NCBI GenBank assembly: GCA_963747235.1
Contig: CAVVEU010000008.1
Span: forward strand, 640,001 to 704,000
From: an uncultured Candidatus Rokubacteria bacterium
GTDB taxonomy: Bacteria > Methylomirabilota > Methylomirabilia > Rokubacteriales > CSP1-6
DNA length: 64,000 nucleotides
Direction: 5' to 3'
Shown: positions 11,858-21,124 of the stretch, in pieces
Position numbering within the stretch: the first letter of the stretch is position 1
Layout: the number at the start of each line of letters is the position of its first letter
Position numbers and translations under genes: made by a program
The notes under the pieces: model-generated
The model's database searches: none
Told to the model about the DNA's origin: nothing
The model's input: the letters and a program-made list of their open reading frames with translations, nothing else

Positions 11858-12183
11858 AGATTCGCGTGCGGGATCACGTGAAGGTCGCGGCGGACAAGAT
11901 GGCCAAGATCGGCCTCTCCACCACCGCGCGTACCCAGCTCGATCTCTACTGCGTGGCGCCGGGCCAGGCGCAGACGCCCCACCGGCACGACGGTGAGGAC
12001 AAGATCTACTACGTGCTCGAGGGATCCGGGCGCTTCTCGATCGATGGCGCCGAGGAGCGGCTGGTGGCCGGCGAGGCGGTGGTGGCCGCCGCGGGCGTCG
12101 AGCACGGTCTCGTCAACGACTCGGCCGAGCTGCTCCTGGTGCTGGTGCTGGTCGCGCCGCCCCCGCCGCACATGAAGCGGTAG
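11854..12183 (+). CDS. Cupin domain protein
   Basis: PHRHDGEDKIYYVLEGSG ... GVEHG cupin motifs. Confidence 0.85.
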   Translation: MKIRVRDHVKVAADKMAKIGLSTTARTQLDLYCVAPGQAQTPHRHDGEDKIYYVLEGSGRFSIDGAEERLVAGEAVVAAAGVEHGLVNDSAELLLVLVLVAPPPPHMKR

Positions 12184-12190
12184 CCGGCTC

Positions 12191-12931
12191 ATGGCCGCCC
12201 CGGTCCGCGCCTCGCTGATGATCACCTGCCTGGGGGACATGCTCTTCCCCGAGGTGGGCGTCGCGATGGTGCGGCTCCTCCGGCGGCTCGGCGTGCAGGT
12301 GGAGTTCCCCGAGGGCCAGACCTGTTGCGGGATGCCACTCTTCAACTCGGGCTACCACCACGACGCGGCGCTGGTGGCCGCCCGCACCGTGAAGCTCTTC
12401 GAGGGCGCGGAGCATGTGGTGGTGCCGTCCGGCTCCTGCGCCTGGATGGTGCGGACCGAGTACCCGGGATTGCTCAAGCACGATCCGGCCCTGCGCGCGG
12501 CGGCGGATTCGCTGGCCCGGCGCACGCGGGAGCTCTCGCAGTTCATCGTGGAGGTGCTCGGCGTCACCACGATCGAGTCGCCGTTCACGGGGACGGTGAC
12601 CTACCACGACTCCTGCCACCTGCTCCGCGGACTCGGCGAATCGGCCGCGCCCCGCGCGCTGCTCCGTGGGGTGCCCGGCGTGGAGCTGGTCGAGCTGCCG
12701 GGCGCGGACGAGTGCTGCGGCTTCGGCGGCTCCTTCTCGGTCCGGCTGCCCGAGGTGTCCTCGTCGATCCTCGACAAGAAGCTCGCGAACGTCGAGTCCA
12801 CCGGGGCGCGCTGCCTGGTGGCGTGCGACGCGGGCTGCCTCATGCAGATGGGCGGGGGGCTGTCCCGGCGCGGCTCCAAGGTGAAGGCGGTGCACCTGGC
12901 CCAGGTGCTGGCGGGCGAGGTCGACGGGTGA
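12191..12931 (+). CDS. lutA: L-lactate utilization Fe-S protein LutA/LldE
   Basis: TCLGD, QTCCG, PSGSC, YHDSCH and CCGFGG motifs. Confidence 0.88.
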   Translation: MAAPVRASLMITCLGDMLFPEVGVAMVRLLRRLGVQVEFPEGQTCCGMPLFNSGYHHDAALVAARTVKLFEGAEHVVVPSGSCAWMVRTEYPGLLKHDPALRAAADSLARRTRELSQFIVEVLGVTTIESPFTGTVTYHDSCHLLRGLGESAAPRALLRGVPGVELVELPGADECCGFGGSFSVRLPEVSSSILDKKLANVESTGARCLVACDAGCLMQMGGGLSRRGSKVKAVHLAQVLAGEVDG

Positions 12932-14334
12932 GCGACGCGCTGCTGCGGACGCCCTTTCCGGAGCGGGCCGGCGCGGCCCTCAAGGACACCTTCCTGCAGG
13001 AAGCGCTCAAGATCGCCACCACCAAGTTCATCGATCTCCGCAAGGAGTCGTTTGCGGGCTTCCCGCAGGGCGAGGCGCTGCGGGACCGGGCGCGCGCGAT
13101 CAAGGAAGCGACGCTCCAGCATCTCGACGTCCACCTGGAGCGGCTCGCCGACAACGTCGAGCGGCTGGGCGGGCACGTGCACTGGGCCACCACCGCCGAG
13201 GAGGCGCGCGAGATGGTGCTGCGCCTCTGCCGGGACCGCGGCGTGCGCATGGCGGTGAAGTCGAAGTCCATGGCCACCGAGGAGATCGACCTCAACGAGG
13301 CGCTCGAGCACGCCGGGGTCACCCCGGTGGAGACCGACCTGGGCGAGTACATCATCCAGCTCGCCCACGAGAAGCCGTCGCACATCATCGCGCCCGCCAT
13401 CCACAAGACCAAGGGACAGGTGGCCGAGCTCTTCTCGCGCGAGCTCAAGGGTAACTTCGAGGCCGACCCCGAGATCCTGACCGCGGTGGCGCGGAAGGCG
13501 CTGCGCGAGAAGTTCCTCCAGGCCGACATGGGCATCACCGGCGCGAACTTCGCGGTGGCCGACACCGGCACCGTGGTCCTCGTCACCAACGAGGGCAATG
13601 GCCGGATGGTGACCTCGCTGCCGCGGATCCACGTGGCGCTGATGGGCGTGGAGAAGGTGATCCCGTCCATGACCGACCTGATGGTCTTCCTGGCCATCCT
13701 GGCCCGGAGCGCGACGGGGCAGAAGCTCTCCTCCTACACGACGCTGGTGCGCGGGCCCCGGCAGGTGGGGGAGCTCGAGGGGCCGGAGGAGTTCCACCTG
13801 ATCCTCCTCGACAACGGCCGCTCGCGCCAGATCGCCTCGACTCTCCGGGAAGCGCTCTATTGCCTTCGGTGCGGCGCCTGCCTCAACGTCTGTCCGGTGT
13901 ATCGCCAGATCGGGGGCCACGCCTACGGCTACACGTATCCGGGGCCCATCGGCATCCTCCTCACCGCGATGCTCAAGGGCAACGCGTCGGTGCGCGAGCT
14001 GGCCCACGCCTCGTCCCTGTGCGGCGCGTGCAAGGACGTGTGCCCGGTGCGGATCGACATCCCGCGCATGCTGGTCGAGCTGCGCGAGCACCTCGATCGG
14101 GAGAAGATCGCGCCGTGGACGGAGCGGGTGGCGTTCAAGGCCCTCCGGCGCCTGCTCCTGTCGCCGACCGCCTACCGGCTCTCCGCGACGGTCGGGCGAT
14201 GGGCACAGCGGCCATTCATCCGAGACGGCCGCCTGCGCGGCCTCCCGCTCGTCTTCGGCAAGTGGACGAAGACCCGCGATCTCCCGCCGGTGGCCGCCCG
14301 GACCTTCCGCGAGCGGTGGACGGAGCTGCGGTGA
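12928..14334 (+). CDS. lutB: L-lactate utilization Fe-S protein LutB/LldF
   Basis: KSKSM, ETDLGEYI, PSHIIAPAIH, CLRCGACLNVCP and SSLCGACKDVCP. Confidence 0.92.
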   Translation: MSDALLRTPFPERAGAALKDTFLQEALKIATTKFIDLRKESFAGFPQGEALRDRARAIKEATLQHLDVHLERLADNVERLGGHVHWATTAEEAREMVLRLCRDRGVRMAVKSKSMATEEIDLNEALEHAGVTPVETDLGEYIIQLAHEKPSHIIAPAIHKTKGQVAELFSRELKGNFEADPEILTAVARKALREKFLQADMGITGANFAVADTGTVVLVTNEGNGRMVTSLPRIHVALMGVEKVIPSMTDLMVFLAILARSATGQKLSSYTTLVRGPRQVGELEGPEEFHLILLDNGRSRQIASTLREALYCLRCGACLNVCPVYRQIGGHAYGYTYPGPIGILLTAMLKGNASVRELAHASSLCGACKDVCPVRIDIPRMLVELREHLDREKIAPWTERVAFKALRRLLLSPTAYRLSATVGRWAQRPFIRDGRLRGLPLVFGKWTKTRDLPPVAARTFRERWTELR

Positions 14335-15062
14335 CCGGCCGCGCCGAGTTCATCGAGCGGATCCGCCGCGAGGTCTCGAAGACCCCGGGTCTCTTCGGCG
14401 CCTCGACGGCGCCCCGCCCCGCCGATCCGATCGCGGCGGCGGAGACGGTGCGGCGCGAGCTGACCGAGCGGTGGCCGGAGGCGCTCGAGCGGTTTCGCGT
14501 GGAGTTCGAGCGCGTCGCCGGCGTGTTCCATCGCGTCCCGGACCTGGCCGCGGTGCCGGCCGCGATCGGCGCCATCGCCCGCGTCTACGGCGCGACGAGC
14601 CTGGTCACCTGGGACCCCGTCGCGCTCGGCTTCGACGCGGCGCCCGCGCTGACCCGCGAGGGCCTCGAGGTCGTCGCGGCGCGCGCGGGGGAGGAGGACG
14701 AGGCGGCGCGCCTCTGCCACCGCGAGCAGGCGGCCCGGGCCCAGGTCGGCGTTACCGGGGCCGACTTCGTGCTCGGAGAGACCGGGACGCTCGTCCTGCT
14801 GTCCGGCTCGGGCCGGCCCCGCTCGACCTCGCTGCTGCCCGACGTGCACGTGGCGGTGTTCGGTCGCGACCGGCTGCTCGAGACGCTGGAGCAGGTGGGC
14901 ATCATGCTCGAGGCCCTCCACGTGGATCCGGACCGATCCATGTCGGGCGCGATGATCAACTTCATCACCGGGCCCTCGCGAACCGCCGACATCGAGCTCA
15001 CCTTGACCCGCGGCGTGCACGGCCCGAAGGAAGTGCACGCGGTCTTCGTGGAGGCCCCGTGA
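14331..15062 (+). CDS. lutC: Lactate utilization protein LutC (LUD domain)
   Basis: ETGTL, SLLPDVHV and ITGPSRTADIELTLTRGVHGP. Confidence 0.88.
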   Translation: MTGRAEFIERIRREVSKTPGLFGASTAPRPADPIAAAETVRRELTERWPEALERFRVEFERVAGVFHRVPDLAAVPAAIGAIARVYGATSLVTWDPVALGFDAAPALTREGLEVVAARAGEEDEAARLCHREQAARAQVGVTGADFVLGETGTLVLLSGSGRPRSTSLLPDVHVAVFGRDRLLETLEQVGIMLEALHVDPDRSMSGAMINFITGPSRTADIELTLTRGVHGPKEVHAVFVEAP

Positions 15063-15479
15063 GCGAGCGGAAGCTCTTCACCCCGGACGAGGTCAATCGT
15101 CTGATCCCGCGGCTGACCGAGCTGATGGAGACCGCCATCGAGCGCCATGGGCAGGCCCTGGCGCTGCAGGAGCGCCTCCGCGACGATCGCGCGCGGGTGT
15201 CGGCCTCCGGAGGCGAGCCACGCGACACGATGGACTGGAAGGCGCGCGCGGAGCGCCTCGACGGGCTCGGCATCGAGGTGCGCCAGGTCCTGCAGGACGT
15301 GCAGGCCATGGGCGGCGTCGTGAAGGATCTCGAGACGGGCCTGGTGGACTTTCCCGGGCCGCGGGCCCGCCGAGCCGGGCGGGCCGGTCGTGAATCTCTG
15401 CTGGAAGCTCGGGGAGGACGCGGTGCGGTTCTGGCACGGGATGGACGAGGGCTTCGCCCAGCGGAAACCGCTCCCATGA
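15059..15479 (+). CDS. DUF2203-like protein (frame break near 15360-15385)
   Basis: KLFTPDEVNRLIP start, VKDLETGLVDFP, then LCWKLGE..VRFWHGMDEGFAQRKPL in the shifted frame. Confidence 0.75.
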
Positions 15480-15556
15480 TTGGCGAGGCGCAGCCGAAGG
15501 CGAGCCGAGCGGATACATGATTGGCGAGGCGCAGCCGAAGGCGAGCCGAGCGGATA
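15475..15556 (+). repeat. Tandem 2 x 41 bp of repeat family A
   Basis: CATGATTGGCGAGGCGCAGCCGAAGGCGAGCCGAGCGGATA duplicated exactly. Confidence 0.95.
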
Positions 15557-16302
15557 CATCGACCTACCAGGCCGTCCTCTTCGATCTGTTCGACACCCTG
15601 GTGCTCTTCCACCGGGAGCGCCTGCCGGAGATCCACGTCAACGGGCGGACCGTCCGGAGCACCGCCGGCTACCTGCACGCCGCGTTCCGGCCTTTCGCGC
15701 CGCACGTGGAGCTGCCCGCCTTCATGGACGCGCTCTTCTGGAGCTGGCAGGAGGCCGAGCGCATTCGCGCAGAGGCCCATCGAGAAGTCACGGCCCCGGA
15801 GCGGTTCGGGATGCTGTTCGGGCGCCTCGAGCTCGAGCCGTCCGTGGAGGCGCGCGATCTGCTGCTCGCCACCCACATGCGCGAGCTGTCCAAGGTGGTC
15901 GAGTGCCCCGAGCACCACGCCCCGCTGCTCAAGGCGCTCCGCGAGCGGTACCGGCTCGCGGTGGTCTCGAACTTCGACTACTCGCCCACCTGCCTGGCCA
16001 TCCTCGAGCGCGAGGGCATCGCCGATCTCTTCGAGACCATCGTGATCTCGGACGAGGTGGGCTGGCGCAAGCCCAAGCCGGTCATCTTCGAGACCGCGCT
16101 CGACCGGATGAAGTCGCTCCGCCCCGCCGACGCCCTCTTCGTGGGGGACCGTGCCGACATCGACGTGATCGGCGCCCGGGGGGTGGGCATGCCGACCGCC
16201 TGGATCAACCGGGAGGCCGAGCGCCTCCCCACCGACATTCAACCGCCCGACTTCGAGATCCGCGACCTGGCGGACCTCCGGGCGATTCTTCGCATCCCGT
16301 AG
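15517..16302 (+). CDS. HAD-superfamily hydrolase; N-terminus encoded by repeat A
   Basis: AVLFDLFDTL (motif I), VVSN, RKPKP and FVGDRADIDVIGA. Confidence 0.88.
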   Translation: MIGEAQPKASRADTSTYQAVLFDLFDTLVLFHRERLPEIHVNGRTVRSTAGYLHAAFRPFAPHVELPAFMDALFWSWQEAERIRAEAHREVTAPERFGMLFGRLELEPSVEARDLLLATHMRELSKVVECPEHHAPLLKALRERYRLAVVSNFDYSPTCLAILEREGIADLFETIVISDEVGWRKPKPVIFETALDRMKSLRPADALFVGDRADIDVIGARGVGMPTAWINREAERLPTDIQPPDFEIRDLADLRAILRIP

Positions 16303-16347
16303 ACCGCTCCGCGCATCTCAAGGCGCGAGACGAACAAGGAGGACGAC

Positions 16348-17286
16348 GTGGCCACGACACGCAAGGTGATCATCATCGGATCGGGACCATCCGGCTATAC
16401 CGCGGCCATTTACGCGGCACGCGCCAACCTGTCGCCGGTCATGTTCACCGGCATCCAGGCCGGGGGCCAGCTCATGCTGACGACCCTGGTCGAGAACTAT
16501 CCCGGCTTCGTGGACGGCATCGACGGGCCGCCGCTGATGGAGACGTTCCAGAAGCAGGCGGAGCGCTTCGGCACCGAGATGATCGCCGACGACGTGACCG
16601 AGGTGGACTTTCGCAGCCGGCCCTTCAAGGTCACCGGCGGCGACGTCACCATGGAGGCGCATACCGTCATCGTGGCCACCGGGGCCTCCGCCAAGCTGCT
16701 CGGCCTGCCCAACGAGGCCAAGCTGATGGGGCGGGGGGTGTCGACCTGCGCCACCTGCGATGGGTTCTTCTTCAAGGACCAGAACATCATGGTGGTGGGA
16801 GGCGGAGACTCGGCCCTGGAGGAGGCGCTCTACCTGTCTCGCCTCGGCCGAAAGGTCGATGTCGTGCACCGGCGCGAGGCCCTGCGCGGGTCGAAGATCA
16901 TGCAGGAGCGCGCGTTCAAGAACTCCAAGATCACGTTCCTCTGGAACACGGTGGTGGAGGACGTGCTGGATCCCGACAAGGGCAAGGTCACCACGGTGCG
17001 GCTGCAGAACATCAAGACCGGCGCCCGCTCCGAGTCCCAGGTGGACGGCCTCTTCGTGGCGATCGGCCACCAGCCGAATACCGCGCTCTTCAAGGGCCAG
17101 CTCGATCTGCACCCGAACGAGTACATCAAGGTGACGCCGGGGACCACGCAGACGTCGGTGGCGGGTGTGTTCGCGGCCGGCGACGTCCAGGACTTCACCT
17201 ACCGCCAGGCGGTCACCGCGGCGGGCACCGGGTGCATGGCGGCCCTCGAGGCCGAGCGGTATCTGGAGGCCAACGGGCTCGAATAG
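16348..17286 (+). CDS. trxB: Thioredoxin reductase
   Basis: GSGPSG, CATCDG, GGGDSA and YRQAVTAAG motifs. Strong SD aaggagga. Confidence 0.96.
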   Translation: MATTRKVIIIGSGPSGYTAAIYAARANLSPVMFTGIQAGGQLMLTTLVENYPGFVDGIDGPPLMETFQKQAERFGTEMIADDVTEVDFRSRPFKVTGGDVTMEAHTVIVATGASAKLLGLPNEAKLMGRGVSTCATCDGFFFKDQNIMVVGGGDSALEEALYLSRLGRKVDVVHRREALRGSKIMQERAFKNSKITFLWNTVVEDVLDPDKGKVTTVRLQNIKTGARSESQVDGLFVAIGHQPNTALFKGQLDLHPNEYIKVTPGTTQTSVAGVFAAGDVQDFTYRQAVTAAGTGCMAALEAERYLEANGLE

Positions 17287-17297
17287 CAGGGCCGCAG

Positions 17298-17347
17298 GGC
17301 GAGGCGCAGCCGAAGGCGAGCCGAGCGGATAAATAAGGAAGCTTCCC
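17298..17347 (+). repeat. Repeat family A copy
   Basis: GGCGAGGCGCAGCCGAAGGCGAGCCGAGCGGATA followed by AATAAGGAAGCTTCC. Confidence 0.9.
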
Positions 17348-17348
17348 G

Positions 17349-17661
17349 CTATTTGCCCGCCGCGGCACCCGGCACTGGCTCCGGGAGCCGCGGTCCGTCC
17401 CGTCCGGCCGCCTCGAGGCATCCGAGTATCCGGTCGCGCTCGTTCAGCGCCACGTAGGTGAACCGGATCCGTCCGTCGGTATCCACCCGATCGAGCTTGA
17501 CGTCGCGCAGCCCCTTCGACGCACTGCCGCCAGCGTCGGTTGGCGAGTTCCTGCTCCGGCGTGTCCCGGAAGTACTCGCAGCCCGTCGCGGTCGCCGCGA
17601 CCGCGAGGAGTGCTGCCGCGGCTGCTGGCGAGCCGAGAACGTCGCGCACCCCGATGCGCAT
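17349..17661 (-). CDS. Small putative lipoprotein (one frame break near 17512)
   Basis: Hydrophobic signal peptide ending ATGC (lipobox-like). The frame continues as ..DVKLDRVDTDGRIRFTY..ILGCLEAAG to the stop at 17349. Confidence 0.6.
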
Positions 17662-17667
17662 GATACC

Positions 17668-17715
17668 GGACGCTTCTTTACTTATCCGTTCGGCTTGCCT
17701 TCGGCTCACCTCACC
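17668..17715 (-). repeat. Diverged repeat family A copy overlapping the mscL stop codon
   Basis: Reverse complement GGTGAGGTGAGCCGAAGGCAAGCCGAACGGATAAGTAAAGAAGCGTCC. Confidence 0.8.
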
Positions 17716-18140
17716 GAGCGAAGCCTCAGCAGGTCTCGGATCTCGCCCAGCAGCTTGACCTCGGCGGTGGGCTCGGGGGGGGCGGCGGGCGCGGCCTCTT
17801 CCTGGCGCCGGAGCCGGTTGAGCATCTTCACGACGAAGAACAGGGCCCCCGAGACGATCAGGAAGGAGATGACCGCGTTGATCAGGAGGCCCACGGCCAG
17901 GACCACCGCGCCCCCGTCGCGGGCCGCCTTCACCGACGCGTAGGTGGCGCCGCTCGGATTGCGCAGCACCATGTACAGGTTGCTGAAGTCGGGGCTGCCG
18001 ATGATGCCCGAGATCAGCGGCATCAGGACGTCGTTGACCAGCGAGGTGACCACCGTCCCGAAGGCCGCGCCGATGATGATGCCGACGGCCATGTCCATCA
18101 TGTTGCCCTTGATCGCGAACTCCTTGAACTCCTTCAGCAT
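17706..18140 (-). CDS. mscL: Large-conductance mechanosensitive channel
   Basis: MLKEFKEFAIKGNMMDMAVGIIIGAAF ... LLGEIRDLL. Confidence 0.96.
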   Translation of the reverse strand: MLKEFKEFAIKGNMMDMAVGIIIGAAFGTVVTSLVNDVLMPLISGIIGSPDFSNLYMVLRNPSGATYASVKAARDGGAVVLAVGLLINAVISFLIVSGALFFVVKMLNRLRRQEEAAPAAPPEPTAEVKLLGEIRDLLRLRSVR

Positions 18141-18165
18141 GTGCTCGTCTCCTCCTCGTTGAGGC

Positions 18166-18945
18166 TCAGTTGCCGACGTGGACCGGAGCGCCCAGCTCCC
18201 GCAGCATCGCGATCGCGGACATGTACGAGAGCCGGCCGGTCCGCGGGTTCTCCGACGGGACGTTCTCGACCTCGATGCGCAGGGTGCCGAACTCGCCCTC
18301 GACCGTGATCCGATGCTGGTTGCGTGCCTGGCCCGGCACCGCGTAGAGCTTGATCCGGGTGAGCGTTGGCCCGATGCCGGCCAGGGACAGGGCGGCCACC
18401 ACGTTGACGTTGGCCGGGAACGCCTTGACCGCGTCGGTGGCCGGCCCCTCGAAGATCAGCGTCTCGGTGGTGATGGCGTCGAGATCGATGCGGTGCTGCT
18501 CGATGTAGGGCGCGCCCGCTAGCCCGTGCGGCGGCTTCCGCGTCTCCATGGTGACGGAGGTGATCGCGCCTTCGCGCGCGCCCTTCACCCCGTCGAGGCC
18601 CGCGATCGCGCCGGACGGTACCAGGATGCGGCACCCGTGCTTCTCGGCCAGTTGCGCCCACTCGTCCAGCACGCCAACCAGGGCGCCGACCGAGAGCACC
18701 ATCAGGTGTTTGCCGGCCGCGAGCACCGCGGGGCCGAACTCGCGCAGCGAGGCCTGGGTGGCGGCCTCCACGATCAGGTCCGCGCGCTCGATCAGCGTCG
18801 GCAGCGGCAACAGGGGGTAGCCGCCGGCGGTCGCCGCATCCCGCACGCTCACGCCCACCAGGACGGTCCCGGGAATGCCGCGCGTCACCGCCTCCGCGAC
18901 GCGGTGCCCGATGACACCCATGCCGACGATTCCGATCTTGAGCAT
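18166..18945 (-). CDS. nadX: L-aspartate dehydrogenase
   Basis: IGIVGMGVIG, VEAATQ, PSGAIAGLD, FPANVNVVA and PSENPRTG motifs. Confidence 0.88.
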   Translation of the reverse strand: MLKIGIVGMGVIGHRVAEAVTRGIPGTVLVGVSVRDAATAGGYPLLPLPTLIERADLIVEAATQASLREFGPAVLAAGKHLMVLSVGALVGVLDEWAQLAEKHGCRILVPSGAIAGLDGVKGAREGAITSVTMETRKPPHGLAGAPYIEQHRIDLDAITTETLIFEGPATDAVKAFPANVNVVAALSLAGIGPTLTRIKLYAVPGQARNQHRITVEGEFGTLRIEVENVPSENPRTGRLSYMSAIAMLRELGAPVHVGN

Positions 18946-19053
18946 GACGCGGCGTCCCTTTCCCTTCGGAGAGTGCGGCCCCGATCTGAGAGTGCGGGGA
19001 TGATAGCAGCCGCCCACCGACGGCCACAAGGGACGTGCTAGAATCAGCGGCGG

Positions 19054-19938
19054 ATGCGTTCTTCGCCCCGGCTCCAGGAGCCGCTCGACCGGCTCTACCG
19101 CGAGTTCGACTGGGCGGCCCGCGCCGACCTGGACGCCATCCGTTTCCCGATGCGCTATGCCGCCCCGGCCGACCGCGAGGTGGTCGCGCTGCTCTCCACG
19201 TGCATGGCCTATGGCCGCGTGGATCTCTTCGGGCCCTGGGTCGACTGGGCCCTCGCCCGCATGGGGGAGTCGCCCGCCCGCTTCATCCTGGGCTTCGATC
19301 CGGCCAAGCACGCCGCGCGCTTCGAGGGGTTCCGCTACCGGTTCAATCGCCCGCGTGACGTCGCCGCCTTCTGCCTGGCCACCCAGCGTGTCCTGATCCG
19401 CCACGGCTCGCTCGGCGCCTCCTTCCGCGCCGGCTTCTCCCCGGAGGATCCGCACGTGGGCCCCGCGCTCGAGCGCTTCGTCGGCGAGTTCCTCGCCCAG
19501 GATCTCTCGGCGGTGTTCCCGCGCAACCGGCTGTCGTACGGCTTCCGGCACTGGTTCCCGCGGCCGTCCACCGGCGGGCCGTGCAAGCGCCTGCATCTCT
19601 TCCTGCGCTGGATGGTGCGTCGCGAGCCGCCGGACTTCGGCCTCTGGACGGACGTCCCGCCGGCCGCGCTGCTGATCCCGGTGGACACGCACATCGAGAA
19701 CATGGCGCGGTCGCTCGGGCTCACGCGCCGGCGCAGCCGGAACTGGAAGATGGCGGAGGAGATCACGTCCGGACTGCGCTTGCTCGATCCGGCCGATCCG
19801 GTGAAGTACGACTTCTCGCTCTGCCACACCCGGATGTCGGGGCAGTGCCTCGACCGGCGGGTCGAGGCGGTGTGCGCGCCCTGCGGGCTCCGGCCGGTGT
19901 GCCGTCACTGGCGCGGCCGGCGTGGAGGCCGCGCGTGA
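19054..19938 (+). CDS. TIGR02757-family protein (HhH-GPD-like, C-terminal Cys cluster)
   Basis: CKRLHLFLRWMVR, IPVDTH, DPVKYDFSLCH and a C-terminal C..C..C. Confidence 0.85.
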   Translation: MRSSPRLQEPLDRLYREFDWAARADLDAIRFPMRYAAPADREVVALLSTCMAYGRVDLFGPWVDWALARMGESPARFILGFDPAKHAARFEGFRYRFNRPRDVAAFCLATQRVLIRHGSLGASFRAGFSPEDPHVGPALERFVGEFLAQDLSAVFPRNRLSYGFRHWFPRPSTGGPCKRLHLFLRWMVRREPPDFGLWTDVPPAALLIPVDTHIENMARSLGLTRRRSRNWKMAEEITSGLRLLDPADPVKYDFSLCHTRMSGQCLDRRVEAVCAPCGLRPVCRHWRGRRGGRA

Positions 19939-21038
19939 GCGCCGCCTGGCCGTGGGTCGTCGTCGTGGTCCTCGCGATCCTGGTAGGGGTCACCGCGCTG
20001 GCCCTGTGGCGGGCGGTGGCGCGGCTCGGGGCCCTCGAGGCGGCGCGCCAGCAGCCGGACCAGGCCCTGCTGCTCCTGCAGCGCGACATCCAGACCGCGC
20101 GCACCGAGGCCCACCAGGCCCGGAGCGAGACGCTGGCCACCGTGAAGGAGGAATTGCACCAGTTCGCGAGCCGGATGACGGCGGAGATGGGGCAGGTGGG
20201 CAGCGGGGTGCAGCAGCAGCTCCAGCACGTGGGGCAGGTGGTGGGCGCGGTGCAGGGTAGCCTCGGCAAGCTCGGCGAGGTGACCCAGCGCGTCTTCGAC
20301 GTGGGGCGCGACATCGCGGGCCTCGAGCAATTGCTCAAGTCGCCGAAGATCCGGGGCGGGGTCGGCGAGACCCTGCTGGAGAACCTGCTGGCCCAGATGC
20401 TGCCGCGCGAGCAGTACATGCTGCAGCACGCGTTCGCCACCGGGGACCGCGTCGACGCGGCCATCCGCATCGGCGAGCGGCTCGTGCCGGTGGACGCCAA
20501 GTTCCCGCTCGAGGGCTTCCGCCGCATCCTGGACGAGACCGACGAGGAGCGGCGGCCCGCCCTGCGCCGCGCGTTCCTGCGCGACGTCAAGAACCGGGTG
20601 GACGAGATCGCCAAGAAGTACATCCTGCCGGACGAGGGCACGTTCGACTTCGCCCTGATGTACATCCCGGCCGAGAACATCTACTACGAGATCATCGTGA
20701 AGGAGGACAGCGAGGAGGAGCCCCCCGCGGCCTACGCCCTGGGGCGCCGGGTGGTGCCGGTCTCGCCCAACACCTTCTATGCCTACCTGCGGGTGATCGT
20801 GATGGGCCTCCGGGGCCTCCGGATCGAGCGCGATGCCCAGGAGATCCAGGCCCGGCTGGGCCGCCTGCGGGGCGACCTGGACAAGTTCCGGGAGTCCTTC
20901 GACGTGGTCGGCCGGCACCTGACCAATGCCCGGAACAAGTATGACGACGCGGCCTCCGGGCTGGGGCGGCTCGAGGGCAAGATGGAGGGGATCGAGCGCG
21001 ATGGCGACCAGGGGGCGCTGCCCGGAATCGGCGCGTGA
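19935..21038 (+). CDS. rmuC: DNA recombination protein RmuC
   Basis: N-terminal TM and coiled coil, PKIRGGVGE, VDAKFP and FALMYIPAE. Confidence 0.9.
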   Translation: MSAAWPWVVVVVLAILVGVTALALWRAVARLGALEAARQQPDQALLLLQRDIQTARTEAHQARSETLATVKEELHQFASRMTAEMGQVGSGVQQQLQHVGQVVGAVQGSLGKLGEVTQRVFDVGRDIAGLEQLLKSPKIRGGVGETLLENLLAQMLPREQYMLQHAFATGDRVDAAIRIGERLVPVDAKFPLEGFRRILDETDEERRPALRRAFLRDVKNRVDEIAKKYILPDEGTFDFALMYIPAENIYYEIIVKEDSEEEPPAAYALGRRVVPVSPNTFYAYLRVIVMGLRGLRIERDAQEIQARLGRLRGDLDKFRESFDVVGRHLTNARNKYDDAASGLGRLEGKMEGIERDGDQGALPGIGA

Positions 21039-21124
21039 TCAGGCACTTGGCCGAGCCCGCCCCCTGGCCATTCGGGAACAATCGCCTGTGGTAGTATCGA
21101 AGAAATCCACCATCAGAGGGATCC

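Noticed and set aside
15475-15556. CRISPR-like tandem repeat
   Set aside because: The units are directly adjacent with no unique spacer.
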